Part shown: piece after piece, positions 38,102 to 51,689 of the stretch
How positions within the stretch are numbered: the first letter of the stretch is position 1
Layout: every line of letters begins with the position of its first letter
From: Macrostomum lignano
Lineage: Eukaryota
Direction: 5' to 3'
Assembly: GCA_002269645.1 (NCBI GenBank)
Contig: NIVC01000027.1
Span: forward strand, 682,001 to 746,000
Length of the DNA stretch: 64,000 bases
Translations under genes and position numbers: made by a program
Notes under the pieces: generated by a model
What the model was told of the DNA's origin: nothing
Databases searched by the model: none
Seen by the model: only the letters and a program-made list of their open reading frames with translations

Positions 38102-40028
38102 TGAGCACGTTCAGGTAGTAGGCTTAGATCGATTTAGGTGTCGTTCCAGTACAGCAGGTCGACGCTTTTTTCGACGCAGGTCGTCGATTATTCTTCTTAT
38201 CGCTGCTTCTTTTTTCGAGCCTCTCTCTAGTAACACTGGAGCGGCACTGCGAATTCCTAATCAGCAGTTGTGGTTTGTTGGAATTTTTCCACGCGAGCAA
38301 ATGCTAGACACTGCTTATTTTTTTACTTTTCAATAAACTTCGTTCTGAATAAACTTCGTTGCGCAATAAACTTCGTTGTTTCGTTTCTTCGTAAGAATAA
38401 TTGCATGCCCAAAAGCCGTTCCTACATGTAAGAGCGTATATCGCCGAACGCCCAGTACCTGTTCGCAGCAAGCCATTATTAAACAGACGTGATGTTGTCA
38501 ATAGCCATGCGAGCAGTTTTACAAGTGCGAAAATAACTTTCTCTGGTTTATATAAAATACGATTGCTTATTTAATCGTTAAAAAATTGTACTATTCTGAG
38601 CCGGGAATGTGTTGTCTGTGGTAATTTTTTAACAAAAACTAGGATATTATATCATATAATCTCCTCGAAATCAGGAGCAATCGAATTTAATATATGATAA
38701 ACGCCGTTTAATTCATCATAGTCTATGGTTAGAATGTCCGAGGCTGCTTTTAATGGTCTCGAGGCCAATGAATAATATACAAATATGAGTTATGGATAAT
38801 CCATAGATTTTAGGTTAGGTTAGAAATGTAAATCGACCATGAAGATTCTGCAATTGCCAGGCAGCGATCAGGCAGTGTACGGAGAAGAACAGGCGTCAGA
38901 AATAACCTCAGTCGTATATCTTTGCATTTAGTGAAAAATGTCTAAAACTGTGCAGGGTTGGCTAAGTAGCAGAGAATCATTATGATGAGACCAGGGCTGT
39001 CAATATCATGTACAAAAAATTAAATTATTTCGTAGAAAATTTCGAGTAGGATACCTGAAAAGTTCAACATGCAAACAAGTTCAAGAAAAATTTAATTATT
39101 GATTTTCCACGATGCCTTCAGGCTATCGTGGTTCCCGGCCTGGGAAACCTATTCCCGGCCGGGAATTCGGGTCGCTCCCTCATCTCTTGCCTGCTGCATT
39201 AAATGACCCGCTAGCAACAGCATGGCAACCAGCAACAATCCCAGAGCCAGAGAAGCGCTGCCCCATCCCATTAATAATGCACCTACCTGGCTTTCTGCGC
39301 ATTCAGCGAGAATTCTGCACTCAATGAATGATGAAGCGGCTCCGGAATCCATAAAAAAATGCAAACCCCCGCCCGCATTGAACGGCAGCAGAAGTGGATT
39401 GAAAAACTGATACGAGCTTTATGATGATGAGCTCTGTTGACGTTTGCCTGTGCGGCTCTGTGTAGGGATTGTTCACTTTGGCGTGCCTGTGAACGCAAAC
39501 ATTGATGCCTCTTCGTTTTGACAATTCGAAAAAAATGTACATATCTATATTTGGTAATAGCTGGATGTACCAATATATGTGTGTTACTGATGTACACTAT
39601 TGACACGCTTGCATGCGCTCAAGAATCAGTAGACTGGTAAGAATTTTCTCTCAACGCTGGTTCTGAGATAATGTCATCGAAGGTGTTTCACTAGGGAGTG
39701 GCCACAGCGCTCCAGAGTTCATATTTTCTGATGCAGCAGGAATTAATAGACCCACTGTAAGCTGACGGCATTATGAATTTGTCTATGGCTCTCACAGCCG
39801 GCTGGCTGGCGAGAAATATTTTTACAGGGAGCATCGGCTACTCAAGATCAGCGACTAGCGACCCAGCTTTTTTAGTCGTTCTAAAAAGAGGCAAGCAGCA
39901 GAAAAAATACGACTACAAGAGGAGAAAAAAAGAGGAAGACAACGCTAGGAGAAGGAAAGATTCATAGCTGTTGCCGTCAGTTTATTTAGTTTAATAATTC
40001 TTATTCGGCATCGAAAGCGGGCAACAAA

Positions 40029-43000
40029 ATGATCAGAAATTTACCGCCGTTGTTCTGGAAGATCACTCCACTGGTCATAGCCGGCATGTTCATTGTGTCA
40101 GGCCTCGGACTTATCATCTTCGGCTCCGTCACCTACAACAAAACCGTTAATGAAGAGGAAGATGTACTGGGATTTATTGAGGCCGGCTTTAAAACTGGCA
40201 GCACCCTCACCATCTCTGTCGGTGTCATTGACTTCTTCATCGGCTTGTTCGGGCTCGGCGTGGCCCTGCTGAACGCGCGATGGCTGCACAAAGTGGTGAG
40301 TTCTCGTCTCTTCATTCATAAATCATCTATTGAGCACCACCTGCTCTGCAATGAGATGGCCTTACAATCTACCCTATGGCTACTAAAATCTACCATAGTA
40401 CTGATTTAATCTAATCCATTGATAGTAGAATCTACCCTGATTACTGGTAACTACATTGTATACAATCTAGCCATCCTCTCCTCTCCTCTCCTCTCCTCTC
40501 TTCCTCTCCTTTCTCTCTTTTCCTCTCCTCTCCTCTCCTCTCCTCTCCTCTCCTCTCCTCTCCTCTCCCCTCCTCTCCTCTCCTCTCCTCTCCTCTCCTC
40601 TCCTCTCCTCTCCTCTCCTCTCCTCTCCTCTACTCTCCTCTCCTCTCCTATCCTCTCCTCCCATCTCTATTCTCTCCTCTCCTCTCATTTTCTCCTCTTC
40701 ACTCTTCTTCTCCCTTCTCTTCTCTCCTCTCCTCTCCTCTCCCTTCCTCATTCTCTTCTCCTCTTCCCTCTCCTACTTCATCTCTCATCTCCTCTCATCT
40801 TCTCTGTCTTCTCTATTCCCTCTGCACTCTCCATCTAATCTGACCCACAGTCATGCGCTGGATTCTCTCCCTGGCCCTTAGGCTTAAGGTAAAAAAAATC
40901 TGCGAACTTCTTTAAGTTTAGATAGGTAATATGCTTCCGATTTTCCTGATTTTTTTAACGCTATCAATAAAACTTGGATGCAAGTATAGTTTCCGCCATC
41001 TATTTGAAAGTCGGACATCTATTGGAAACAGATCCAGTTAGATTACGCCTTTTTAAAATCATTTATTCGGATAATATCTGATAACTCCTGACAATTCCTA
41101 ATAGTTGCCGTTTTGGTAGGATCATAACTTCTGTTTCTATAGTGACTTTTGAGGGTCTGATTTTAAATTTAAGCTTCATACAAGCGTAGTTATGTTGGCA
41201 GGAATGAGTATAACCTAAACTTGAATAGGTCTCAACGCCTCGATCCAAGTTTAGGTGCGTAAAATCAATCCCCATTACGAGTCTTCCCCACTAAAACCTA
41301 TTCCCATATGCTAAAAATGTAGAAGTTCGAATCTACCATGTTTATGGTCTATCTACCCCACTTATGGTCCAATCCATTCTCTTTCTGGTGAAATCTACCC
41401 TTTTACTGGTACGATCTGCTCTATGCTGGCACAGTGCAGGCACACACTCGTATACAAGCTCATTCAGGGTGTCAGCGGTCCTTAACTATCTAATCGTCAG
41501 GAGGCATGTACAGTACACTCTCTGTCCCTTAGATGCTGGCCTTCATGAGTTTGAATCACACGAGAACCCCCTGCATGGGCCCCAAATGAATTTGGCTCAC
41601 GAATTATGATTCGAATCATGAATTCGAATCACGGGTAGCGATGGGATTTACCTCTTTAGCTAATCCATCCCCAGGTACTGGTAATTTAAAGCGTACTAGC
41701 TACTTATAATTAAGTTAAGGATACTTATAATAGACCGGTTCAACTTGTACATGTAGCTGCAAATCTGCTACCCGATTTAAATAAAATTTCAGTATTCTGG
41801 CTTTCTGATATTCATGCTGTTGGGAAACTTGATCACTTTCTACACTTTGACTACGAGCGCCAATGAAGAACTGCGGGAAATCACCAATTTACTGAAGGAC
41901 GCGGTTCAGAATCTGTACGGCAACAACACTCGCACTGACGGACAGGAGTTCACGGACTTGGTTAACAAACTAATGAGCGAAGTGAGTTAAACCTTTTTAT
42001 GGTTTTGTCTTTGTTACTTTTCATTCGATGCATTTGACTGAGAAAATGTAAACGTGTAGGTCTCTTGTGAGACATGCAAGACGTGCTTTTATACCTGGTT
42101 TTCATAGAGTGATGTTGACTAATTGGAGCGTGAGAGCATGGTGGAGTGATGTTGACTAATTGGAGGCTGAGTGCATGGTGGAGTGATGTTGACTAATTGG
42201 AGGGTGGGAGCATGGTGGAGTGATGTTGACTAATTGGAGGGTTGGGAGCATGGTGGAGTGATGTTGACTAATTGGAGAGGTGGGAGCATGGTGGAGTGAT
42301 GTTGACTAATTGGAGGGATGGGAGCATGGTGGAGTGATGTTGACTAATTGGAGGCTGAGAGCATGGTGGAGTGATGTTGACTAATTGATAGGGGTGAGAG
42401 CATGGTGGAGTGATGTTGACTAATTGATAGGGGTGAGAGCATGGTGGAGTGATGTTGACTAATTGATAGGGGCAAGAGCATGGTGGAGTGATGTTGACTA
42501 ATTGGAGGGTGAGAGCATGGTGGAGTGATGTTGACTAATTGGAGGTTTGAGAGCATGGTGGAGTGATGTTGACAAACAATATCGGAGGATGAAAGCATGA
42601 TGTAGTGATGTTAAAAATATCGCACAATAAGAACGTGGTAAAGTGATGTGTGCTCTGGTAAAGCAAACGGGCATTCTGCCGCGAACGATGATAGTTACCC
42701 GGAATTGCCCTGAACTGCAAGCATGAACCACCCAACTTTTTAGACACCGTGCTGCGGCTTTAGCGGAAACGAAAAGGAAAATATTTTCCTCAAGACATCC
42801 TGGCACGAGAATATCAAAACAAAATTTTCGACTATTAACCTACCGGACCAGTGCTGCACAACTCACAGTGACAAGTGTCGCGAAGCCACGGACATCGCGG
42901 ATGCGAGGAATGCCGGTCACGTGCATCCAACCGTGAGTTCATGCATCTTTTTGCATACATATAGTCGCTTTATAGCTTCTAGCTTGTACTTCTTTTACCA

Positions 43001-43793
43001 CAAATTCTTCTTCATTAACACTGCAGGATTGCATAAATGAGCTGTACAAGGACTATGGTCGCGAACTCTTTGCTGTATTCGTTGAAGTAACCTTGAGCAC
43101 AATTATGCAAGTAAGTCGTCTTGCTAGGTGTTAATTTGTCTGTAATACAAAGTACCACAGCCAACAGTAACTACATGTATAATATGGTTTTTTGATGCCT
43201 AGTTTATATCTAAAGTATTTAACGATTCACGGGCTATTAACGTCGGAAAAACGATTTTTGCGCAAAATCGGTGCCCAATCAGAGAAGAAAGCTACTTGTA
43301 GTGGAAAGGGGTGCCCCTCAAATATAATCGCGCCATCAAAAGCCGCACTCCAGAAAAACTGGCTGGGGTGTCCAGCTAGCGGCTAACCACGAGAATCACA
43401 GAAAGCAGCAATAATTAAAAGAAGATAACATTTAGTTTTCTTTAAGTTTTGAAGGCTCATTTTCCTTTAACCAATCTATAGCAATCCGAAATCATCGGCT
43501 CTGGTGTCAAACCTTTAAAAATATAAAAAATAATTGGCCCAACAATATAGACACTGCCACACTGATTTTTGCACGCCGGGGGCGTCCTGTTGGGGAGATG
43601 CAGACTTGAATTCAGTTCATTAAACACGTCACTTCAACACAACACCTCTGAGACAGTTAGATACATGATTTGATACATTTAATCATGTATATATGCTTAC
43701 GCTCGTAATGAAAATACCTTGTATATTTATCAGATCGTTTCGGGTGTCTACACGGTACTGCTGCTCATGTACGGTCCCGAGACTAAAGACTAA
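40029..43793 (+). CDS. Tetraspanin B, join(40029..40295,41793..41981,42744..42932,43027..43110,43734..43793), 262 aa
   Basis: Paralogue of A (LPPLFW N-terminus, YGNN..DG.EFT, PCCG, EKENIFL..WH, PDQCC, DKC, DC, GPE C-terminus); phase-0 GT-AG introns; exons 2 and 4 are the same size as in A (189, 84 nt). Confidence 0.88.
40460..40890 (-). mobile_element. hAT-type MITE copy with (CTCCT)n core in tetraspanin B intron 1
   Basis: CAGTCATGCGCTGGATTCTCTCCCTGGCCCTTA..AAGGTAAAAAAAATCTGCG (40847-40885) matches the reverse complement of 17004-17060. Confidence 0.6.
42105..42572. repeat. 37-bp minisatellite (GGAGTGATGTTGACTAATTGGAGGGTGGGAGCATGGT), about 12.5 copies, in tetraspanin B intron 2
   Basis: Period 37 measured at 42181/42218. 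Confidence 0.95.
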
Positions 43794-46351
43794 AGCTTCA
43801 TCAAGCTTCATCAAGCTTCATCGACATCAAATGAGCTTTTTTAAACTCGATCAAACGAGAACTGCTAAGAGGTTGCCCCGTCAAATGAATTTGCGAATAT
43901 AAAGGTACCATTCTTATTTAGGTTGTTAACTAGGATTGTCCTAGATTTGTAAAGGCTGTGGCACTGCTATAGTTTACAACTTCAATATAAGTACATTAAT
44001 GCATTCTAAGATGCTTTCTGTTTAAACAACAAAGGATTCAATTGACACGGTTCAATATTAAATTACGTCACTGTCTATGCATCCTGCTTTACTTGGTAAA
44101 AAAAACTATAGCTCTTCGTTGCATTTTATGTAAAGCTTAACATAGAGAATATACTTTAACGACGAATATTATTTCGTTAAAATACACGAGAGACTGTAGA
44201 AGGCTTGAATTTAGCATTTCTTCGATAGAATTTCCACTAAATATTACTTAATTTACAAATATTGATAAATTAGCCGGCCTTTTCATTTATTTTATAGAAT
44301 GGCGTTGATATCACAGCATCGCGTGAATATAGTTGCCTCAAGGAACGACAAGTACATGTATAGCAGTCGTTTACAGTGGTCCTTGAGTTGCCCCAAGTAC
44401 TACTTGAGTAGAATTAAGGACGCGTCACTCGAAATCTATGGTGAATGTTTAGAAGCTAGGCCACTTTTCGATGAAACATACACTACACACGGAGATGGGA
44501 ATTAAGTTTTCAGCACACAATTTGAACTACAGTATTGCTTTTGATAGGAGAGGCAGACCAAATAAAAAATTAACACAGAAACATAAATATTCTGAACGAA
44601 AAGCTTTATGAATATCGATAGAGCTATAAGAAGGCAGAAATTTTCAAAAGATGAACATTGGTTTTGCAGCGTCTTATCGAAAGCAGTAACAATTTTTGTG
44701 CGGAAAAATGAAAACTTCCTGTATCTCAGTAAGTGTATTTTTGGCAAAGAGTGGCTGTCAAAACTTTGCCCATAAAACGTGAGTGTCACGTCCTGTATAT
44801 ATGTTGCTTTAGTTGACCTTGCGTTGCCTAAGTATTGCATGCATATGTAAACGTAGCTTGGCGTCCAGTTGAACACTTGGAAATTTTAAATTATTATATA
44901 GATTTCGAACATTAGGGCTGTACAGATTAACTTATTAATCCAATTTTTATTGACAAATTGAAAGCGCATATTTATCGTGGTTTCTGTTTCAGACGCAAAT
45001 CTGCGATCCCGAAAAAAACAGCTTCGAACTCGATCGAAGCGACGAACTGTCCCGAAACGCGATAATACCAAGAGAATTTGAATTTGTCCTTCATTTTATT
45101 ATTGAAGCAAGTAATATAGCTATAATAAAGCAAGTTTAGTTTTCTTACAGTGAAAAAGTAAAAGGGTTAATTTTTGCACGTGGGGCGTTTTTATCTTTTG
45201 TTATACAGAAAAAAAGAAAAATGCAGTTTAAATTTAAGACTTTAAAAGGCCGTATCAAGGCGCGATAAATGAAAATTATTAATGTATCAATAACGGTATA
45301 TAGGAAAAGTACCGTATACTAAGATATTTAGCAGAAAAATTATATGGCATGTCTCCCTTGACATGCTAGTTCCATTAAAAGGTTATTAGAACATTCTGTT
45401 AAAAGTTGGGCCTCAGATGAAACTACAATAACAATATTTATTTTTATAATAGTTAATACAAATTACAATGCCTTTTCCTTTAAATAGACTTGATAGACTT
45501 GATTTACATTAATGACTTTTACCTGGTTTTTATGCAATATAGTGTGCCCTAGGCTATTGATATTTGTAATCTACTATTTATCTTTTTGGCAATATTAGCT
45601 AGCTTAGCAAGCTTTTTATCATTATCTTGGAATGATAAATAATGGTTAAAAAATTAAAAATATTTTTGGTTGCCCCTAATAATTATTATTTGCATTAAAT
45701 TGCATTGTAAATAGTATTATTAGGGACTTCATTGAGTGTCTTGTTATTTGCCATGGTAATATATATGCAAATATGAGTTTGAAGAAAAGCAATTTACTAA
45801 TTAATAATAGTAGTAGTATTGGTATTAGTATTAGTATTGGGTTTATATTTATATTGGTATATGCTAATACTGAAAAATTGCAAGTACCATTGTACACTAG
45901 ATTCTGGTAAACACATCACCTTTCAAATTATAGAGCAAAGCTAATAACCCATTTTGGCAGTCCTATACAGTATACTGGCTATAGTTTTGCATATTAAATT
46001 ATTTTTATTGAAAATAAGAAATCTGAAGTAACTTTAAGCTTTGTAAATGATTAAGCTTTGTAAATGACAGAGTGTATAATAGGGAACAAATGTAACATCA
46101 AGTGTCTATTTTTGTTTTAAAATATATAAATCATATTAATGGATGTTATTAATAATATGACATATAATAATGATATAGGAAGTTCCCAATTGCCAAAGGT
46201 CTTGTTCAAGAATAGGAAATTATAGAATTATCCCTAGTGTTTTAGACAAAAATGTTAAATGATCATAGATATACTCAACTCATATCGTGCCAATTATAAA
46301 TATAAATAAAATCATTTTATAAAAATTCAATTTTTAGGCCCTTTTGTTTTG

Positions 46352-49300
46352 TAGAGCTGTCAAAATTAGAGATTTTATTCGAGACGAGATTCGAGACGAG
46401 AAAGGCTTATAAGTCGAGAAATTCGAGACGAGACGAGACAAAGTAAATCTAAAAAAATATATTTCAGAATTCAGAATTGCATCTTGTCTTGCTCTTGTCT
46501 TGTCTTATCTTGTCTTAAATTTCTTGACAAGATATAATTCTAAAATATATTTTTTAGATTTTTCAGAATCTAATTGATTCTTTCTTAATTCTAGTTTTAA
46601 TTCTTTGCTATTTATTCATAAGCATTTATGCTAGTAACATATAGGCCCTACTATTACTAATTACAATTAGACCTACTAGGCCTATATATGATATTGATAT
46701 TTATTATCATATATATGCATTGTATAATATTGCATTAAGTTTATGTTAGTCTATAGATTAAATAGTTTATTAACTAAGCCAAGGAAATTGCAACAAAGTA
46801 AAATATGCAATCTATAAAATTATTGGCTTAATATTGCAAGGTAGACTAAATCTAAAGAAATCTAAAGAAAGTAGAAATCTTAGTAGAAGACAATGTTCTA
46901 CATGTTTAAATCTATAAATATATATTTAGCTACTTCTATTATCTATTATTAGTATTAATGACTTATTTATTATTGTAGTAAGTATTAGGGCCTAGTAGTA
47001 ACTTCAAATTAATAGGTTATATAACTTATTTGGTTAATAATTTTTTTCTTTTTTTACTAATCAATTATAAAACAAAAATTGAAAAATCAATGGTCAAACT
47101 AAAGTCAAACTAATCAAACTTTTATAGCTAGCTAGCTGTTATAAATTTGAATTTGTTTTACTTAAGTACTTAGAAATCTAGAAATCAAATATTTATTAAT
47201 AATTGGCTAGTTACTTAACTTTGTCATAGCTATTAGCTAGCTATATAGTTAGTTATAGTTGCCCAGGTGTCTCAATTCCACTGTGTTCCCTGTTTGCCCA
47301 GGTGTCTCAATTCCCCTGTGTTCCCTGTTCGCCCACCTGTGGCTAGTTCTAGCAAACTATAAGTGTAGTAGGTATGTAGGTGAGGTGTAGATTGATAGAT
47401 ATATAGATAGGTAGGTATGTAGGCTCCTATACTAATGTGCTGATTTGTAAGTATCAAAATCAAGAAATAAACTATAGCATTCCAGAGTCAATCTCCTATG
47501 GCCATCTTCTAGTCAAGAAATATTCTATTTTTCTTTTAACTTTATAAATCTTCCTGATTATTCATGCTCAAATTGATATTAGATTTGATAAAAATTCGTT
47601 AGAAGCAGCCTAAAATTATATAATAACTAGATAGAACCTGTTTGCCTACATGATTATGGACAATCCTATCTGGAAACATTTTAACCGAGTTCCTGTTAAA
47701 GAAGCTGCAATCTGCCTCTCATGCAAGGCAGAATTAAAAACAACAAGCTCTTCAACTACTGGACTTTGGAGACATCTTCAGAACAAACACGTTGGTCTGT
47801 ACGAGACGTTAAAAAATGAGGAAAAGGCTAAGGCAGCACGAGTACCTTTTTCTGTATCGACTACAAGCAATCAGAATACTAGTGCTGCAAGCAGCCATAA
47901 TTCAAGTACCAACAAGGACAATGATTCATCATGCATGCAATCTTGTCCTCCTCCATCGAAGCAAGCAAAAATTGACTCAATGTTTCGAGTCAACAAGCCA
48001 TGGGATAAAAATAACCCATCGAGTCGTGCTATTGATAGGCTGATTGTCCAAATGATTGCAGTGGACAGTCAGCCTGTCTCTATTGTAGAGGATCTAGGCT
48101 TCCAACGCTTAGTTGCTGGTTTGGAGCCTCGATATGAACTGAAATCAAGAAATTATTACCAGAAGCTTATAGAAAAAGAGTACGAGTTGGCCAAGCAAAC
48201 AGTCAAACAGCAGCTGCCTGATGATGTTGAGGTGGCAGTCACTTCCGACTGCTGGTCATCTGCTAATCAGGCCATTGCTTTACTCAGTGTGACAGGGCAC
48301 TTCGTCACTCCAGACTTGGAGCGAAAAAATTTAGTCCTAGCTGCTACACCAATCGAGTCTGCTCACACTGGGGAGGCCCTCTCTAACATCCTCCTGAATG
48401 TTATTGAAGAGTTTCAGCTTAATGACCATGTGACCCTGCTCCTGCGTGATGGGGGCAGCAACATTCGAAAGGCAGCATCTCTTCTTCAAGTTCCGGATGC
48501 CTCCTGTGCCTGCCATGTTCTGCAGCTCTGTGTCAAAGAGGCCTTGAAGGAAGGAGTCTTGACGCAGACCATCATAAAAAAAGTAAAGGGCCTTGTAGGC
48601 CACTTTGACCGGTCACATCCAGCACAAAAGCAGCTACAGAATTTCCAGGGGGCTTTAGGTCTGCCCAAAAACCGACTGATTCAAAATGTGGAAACTCGGT
48701 GGAATTCTTCTCTGCATATGCTCCGTCGCTACAATGAACAGCATGCTGCTGTTGCTGCTGTGCTCAGTGCTTCTTCTGGAACAACGCTCCAGGCATTGAC
48801 TGAGAATGAGCTTGACATCTCTGCTAGGCTAGTAACTCTACTTGAGCCGCTTGATGAAGCCACTGAGCAGTTGAGTCGGGATGCTGAGTCAACATCTGTT
48901 CTGATTCCTATCATTCGAATGCTGCTACGTAAGCTGGACAAGATCGACTTTGCCCAAATCAGCAGTGTGCATCGGTCATTGATTAATGCAATCAAGAGCA
49001 GGTTCGAGTGCTTCCTGACAAATGAGTTCTATCAGGCTTCTACTGCCTTAGATGGCCGCTTCAAATTGGCTTTCTTTGATAGCTCTCAGCACGAAATAAT
49101 CAAGGACTACATTCTCCAGGAGCTTGGATCGCGTGCTCCACCTACCTTGTCTGTGGCTACAGCGGCAGGTAAGGTGGTAGAAAATTACAATGTTTATGTC
49201 CTTGGGCTTTACATGTATGTACTCCAATGCTCTTTACGTTTCACAAACTATCTATTCCCTAACACAGGCAACGAGGAGTCGAACTACTATGCCAACGTCG

Positions 49301-50958
49301 AAAATCTTGGCTCTGAGGACGACAGCCATGAAACTATCAGCGCTGTTGCCGAATCTGAGGACCAACCTGCTAGAGCCGGCAAAACTAAACGTTTGTCATT
49401 TTTGGAGGAGTTTCATGGCATCGTTCAGTCATCTCAGGCCCAAGGTCCTATGCCTGCTGGGAAAGCAGCGAAGGTACTTCACGACTATTTTGCCAATCCA
49501 GAACTTCTGCCAATGAGTTCTGATCCTCTAGATCATTGGCGTAATAAATTGCGTTCAGACAACCTTCCATCAGACTTGAAGTCTCTCATTCGGCGCTATC
49601 TTGGTGCCCCACCGACGTCGGTGCCAAGTGAACGATTGTTTTCAAAGGCTGGCCGAATCTACGAACCAAGAAGACGAAGTCTGAAGGGAGAAAATATCGA
49701 GCGCCTGCTGTTTTTGGCCAGCAACATGCCGCAGCTGATTTGATGTAGTAACTCAACTGTTTTTCTTTGTGACTGACTATACTGAGAATAGTGACTAAAT
49801 TTCACATTAATTCAAGATCGAGTCCTAGAAAGTTCAGATTTTAGATTTGAAACTCTTACATCGTTTTATATGTATGGTTGAGCTTATAGAACCATGGTTT
49901 TATTTGTTTGTTTTAGCCATTAGCATTCTGCAGCTTGAGCACTTTTGATAGGAAATTTGAAACTATACTTACGCTGGTACATTATTTAAAAAATTAAACT
50001 TTGATTCGAAATCATGCAGAAAAACAAAAGCATGCTTATTTACTCATACTCGATCACTTGTGTATGTGCCATAAGCTGCCAAGCGGATACTCAGTGTTTA
50101 TATCTATTATATATTATCAAATCACTTATAAAATGCGCAAGCATTTACATAAACCTTTTTATAACTATGCTTTACATGTTCACCATCAGGTATGTTGTTT
50201 GCTCTCTTTCACCATCTTCGTGTAGTTTGTTACATGTTTCTATACGTAATCAGTAGGTATAATTTTACCTTTTTATATTTTCCATGTGCTACATACTGTA
50301 CTCATGTACCTGTACAATAACATCTCTAGTTTAAATATTGTTAAAGCCAATTAAAGGCAATAATATGTGCCTACATGACTGATGCCAATGCAGGCGCCTT
50401 GCGTATACAGCAGCAGTTTTTACAACTTTCAAAAAATAAAATGTGCCTGCCATCAGAAAGAAAGAAATAATGAACCCAGTAAGACGAAAAGTTACAATTA
50501 TATTTTTAATGTTTAAAAATTTGCTTCATGCATTAATATATTAATTAAAGGTTACTTACGAGTACAAAGTCAGGTAGTAATTCGTCAAAAGCAGATTGTC
50601 TTCGAGTCTGCTGTGATACACCTTGCCGCAGAACTGAAATGATAACTAAAAGAGCGCATATGCAATGCAAACTCGTATATAACGACGTTCGTTAAATAAC
50701 TAAAACTGCTCGACATTGGCTAGATTTTACCATTTGAAAATTGCCCTATCAAGCGTGTTACAACAAATAGTTGTATTTATATAAAAATTTGCTCCCCTTT
50801 TTATATCTTATCACTTAAAAGTTTTTGAAAAAAGGTATCAGAAAAATTCTTAAATCTCGTCCCGAATTTCTTAACAAAATTCGAGATTTCTCGAGACGAG
50901 AAAAAATGTCGAGATCTCGTCTCGAATCTCGTCTCGTCGAGATCTCGTGACAGCTCTA
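46352..50958 (+). mobile_element. Complete hAT (Ac-like) DNA transposon, 4607 bp
   Basis: TIR TAGAGCTGTCA / TGACAGCTCTA; 8-bp TSD TTGTTTTG at 46344-46351 and 50959-50966; subterminal CGAGA/TCTCG arrays at both ends; transposase inside. Confidence 0.95.
47650..49743 (+). CDS. hAT transposase with BED finger (ZBED1/ZBED4-like); probable intron 49169..49267
   Basis: BED finger IWKHF..C..C...TTGLWRHLQNKH; catalytic TSDCW, RDGGSN, CACH, TRWNS, PTSVPSERLFS; C-terminal hATC RRSL..ENIERLLFL; no stops. Confidence 0.95.
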   Translation: MIMDNPIWKHFNRVPVKEAAICLSCKAELKTTSSSTTGLWRHLQNKHVGLYETLKNEEKAKAARVPFSVSTTSNQNTSAASSHNSSTNKDNDSSCMQSCPPPSKQAKIDSMFRVNKPWDKNNPSSRAIDRLIVQMIAVDSQPVSIVEDLGFQRLVAGLEPRYELKSRNYYQKLIEKEYELAKQTVKQQLPDDVEVAVTSDCWSSANQAIALLSVTGHFVTPDLERKNLVLAATPIESAHTGEALSNILLNVIEEFQLNDHVTLLLRDGGSNIRKAASLLQVPDASCACHVLQLCVKEALKEGVLTQTIIKKVKGLVGHFDRSHPAQKQLQNFQGALGLPKNRLIQNVETRWNSSLHMLRRYNEQHAAVAAVLSASSGTTLQALTENELDISARLVTLLEPLDEATEQLSRDAESTSVLIPIIRMLLRKLDKIDFAQISSVHRSLINAIKSRFECFLTNEFYQASTALDGRFKLAFFDSSQHEIIKDYILQELGSRAPPTLSVATAAGKVVENYNVYVLGLYMYVLQCSLRFTNYLFPNTGNEESNYYANVENLGSEDDSHETISAVAESEDQPARAGKTKRLSFLEEFHGIVQSSQAQGPMPAGKAAKVLHDYFANPELLPMSSDPLDHWRNKLRSDNLPSDLKSLIRRYLGAPPTSVPSERLFSKAGRIYEPRRRSLKGENIERLLFLASNMPQLI

Positions 50959-51689
50959 TTGTTTTGTATGCTAAATATTTTCTTTACAAATTTGTTTTTA
51001 TTTAGCTTAACTAAGTTTTTGTTTTTGTTTATTTAGTTTAGAAAGCTCTTTGACTTTCAGCCATTTGTTGCTATCAACTAATCTTAATGCAATAAGTATT
51101 TTAGTCCTAATGGCTATGTTCTAGAGTTTTGGAGCTTTAATGTTTAGTGATCTTGGTTAAGCTCAACTTTTGTAGTGCCTCTTATATCTATGCATAGGTC
51201 ATTAACTTATGTATACATGCATACTGGTATGCATACCTATAAGGTCAACTTATGCATGTGCATATCTTCTTGCAACTTATACTTGCTAAATATTCTTAGT
51301 TTATATATCATTGAAGAGTTATTCATTGATTGAAGGCATACTACTTTCAGCTTGAGAAATTTTTGATGCAAAACTTACAATAATTTGTTTTTTTAAAACT
51401 ATGAGTACATGCTTGCATTTTAACCATGACAAAAGTTTTAATAAAAATTCCATTTTTATACAATACTAATAGTACTTTTCTGATTATAAACATTTGAAAA
51501 TTTGTTGTTTTTTGCTTTACATTTTTGCTTTTTGTAATATTTTATAAAATATATTTTGTTTTAAAAAGATTTTATTGTCATAATTGCAAACATCTTGCAA
51601 AAGGTATTTTATTGTTGCAACTAGAAAAAGTGATATACCATTGGTATACCATAACAAAACAGGAATTTTTCTCTAGTACCATCTGAACA

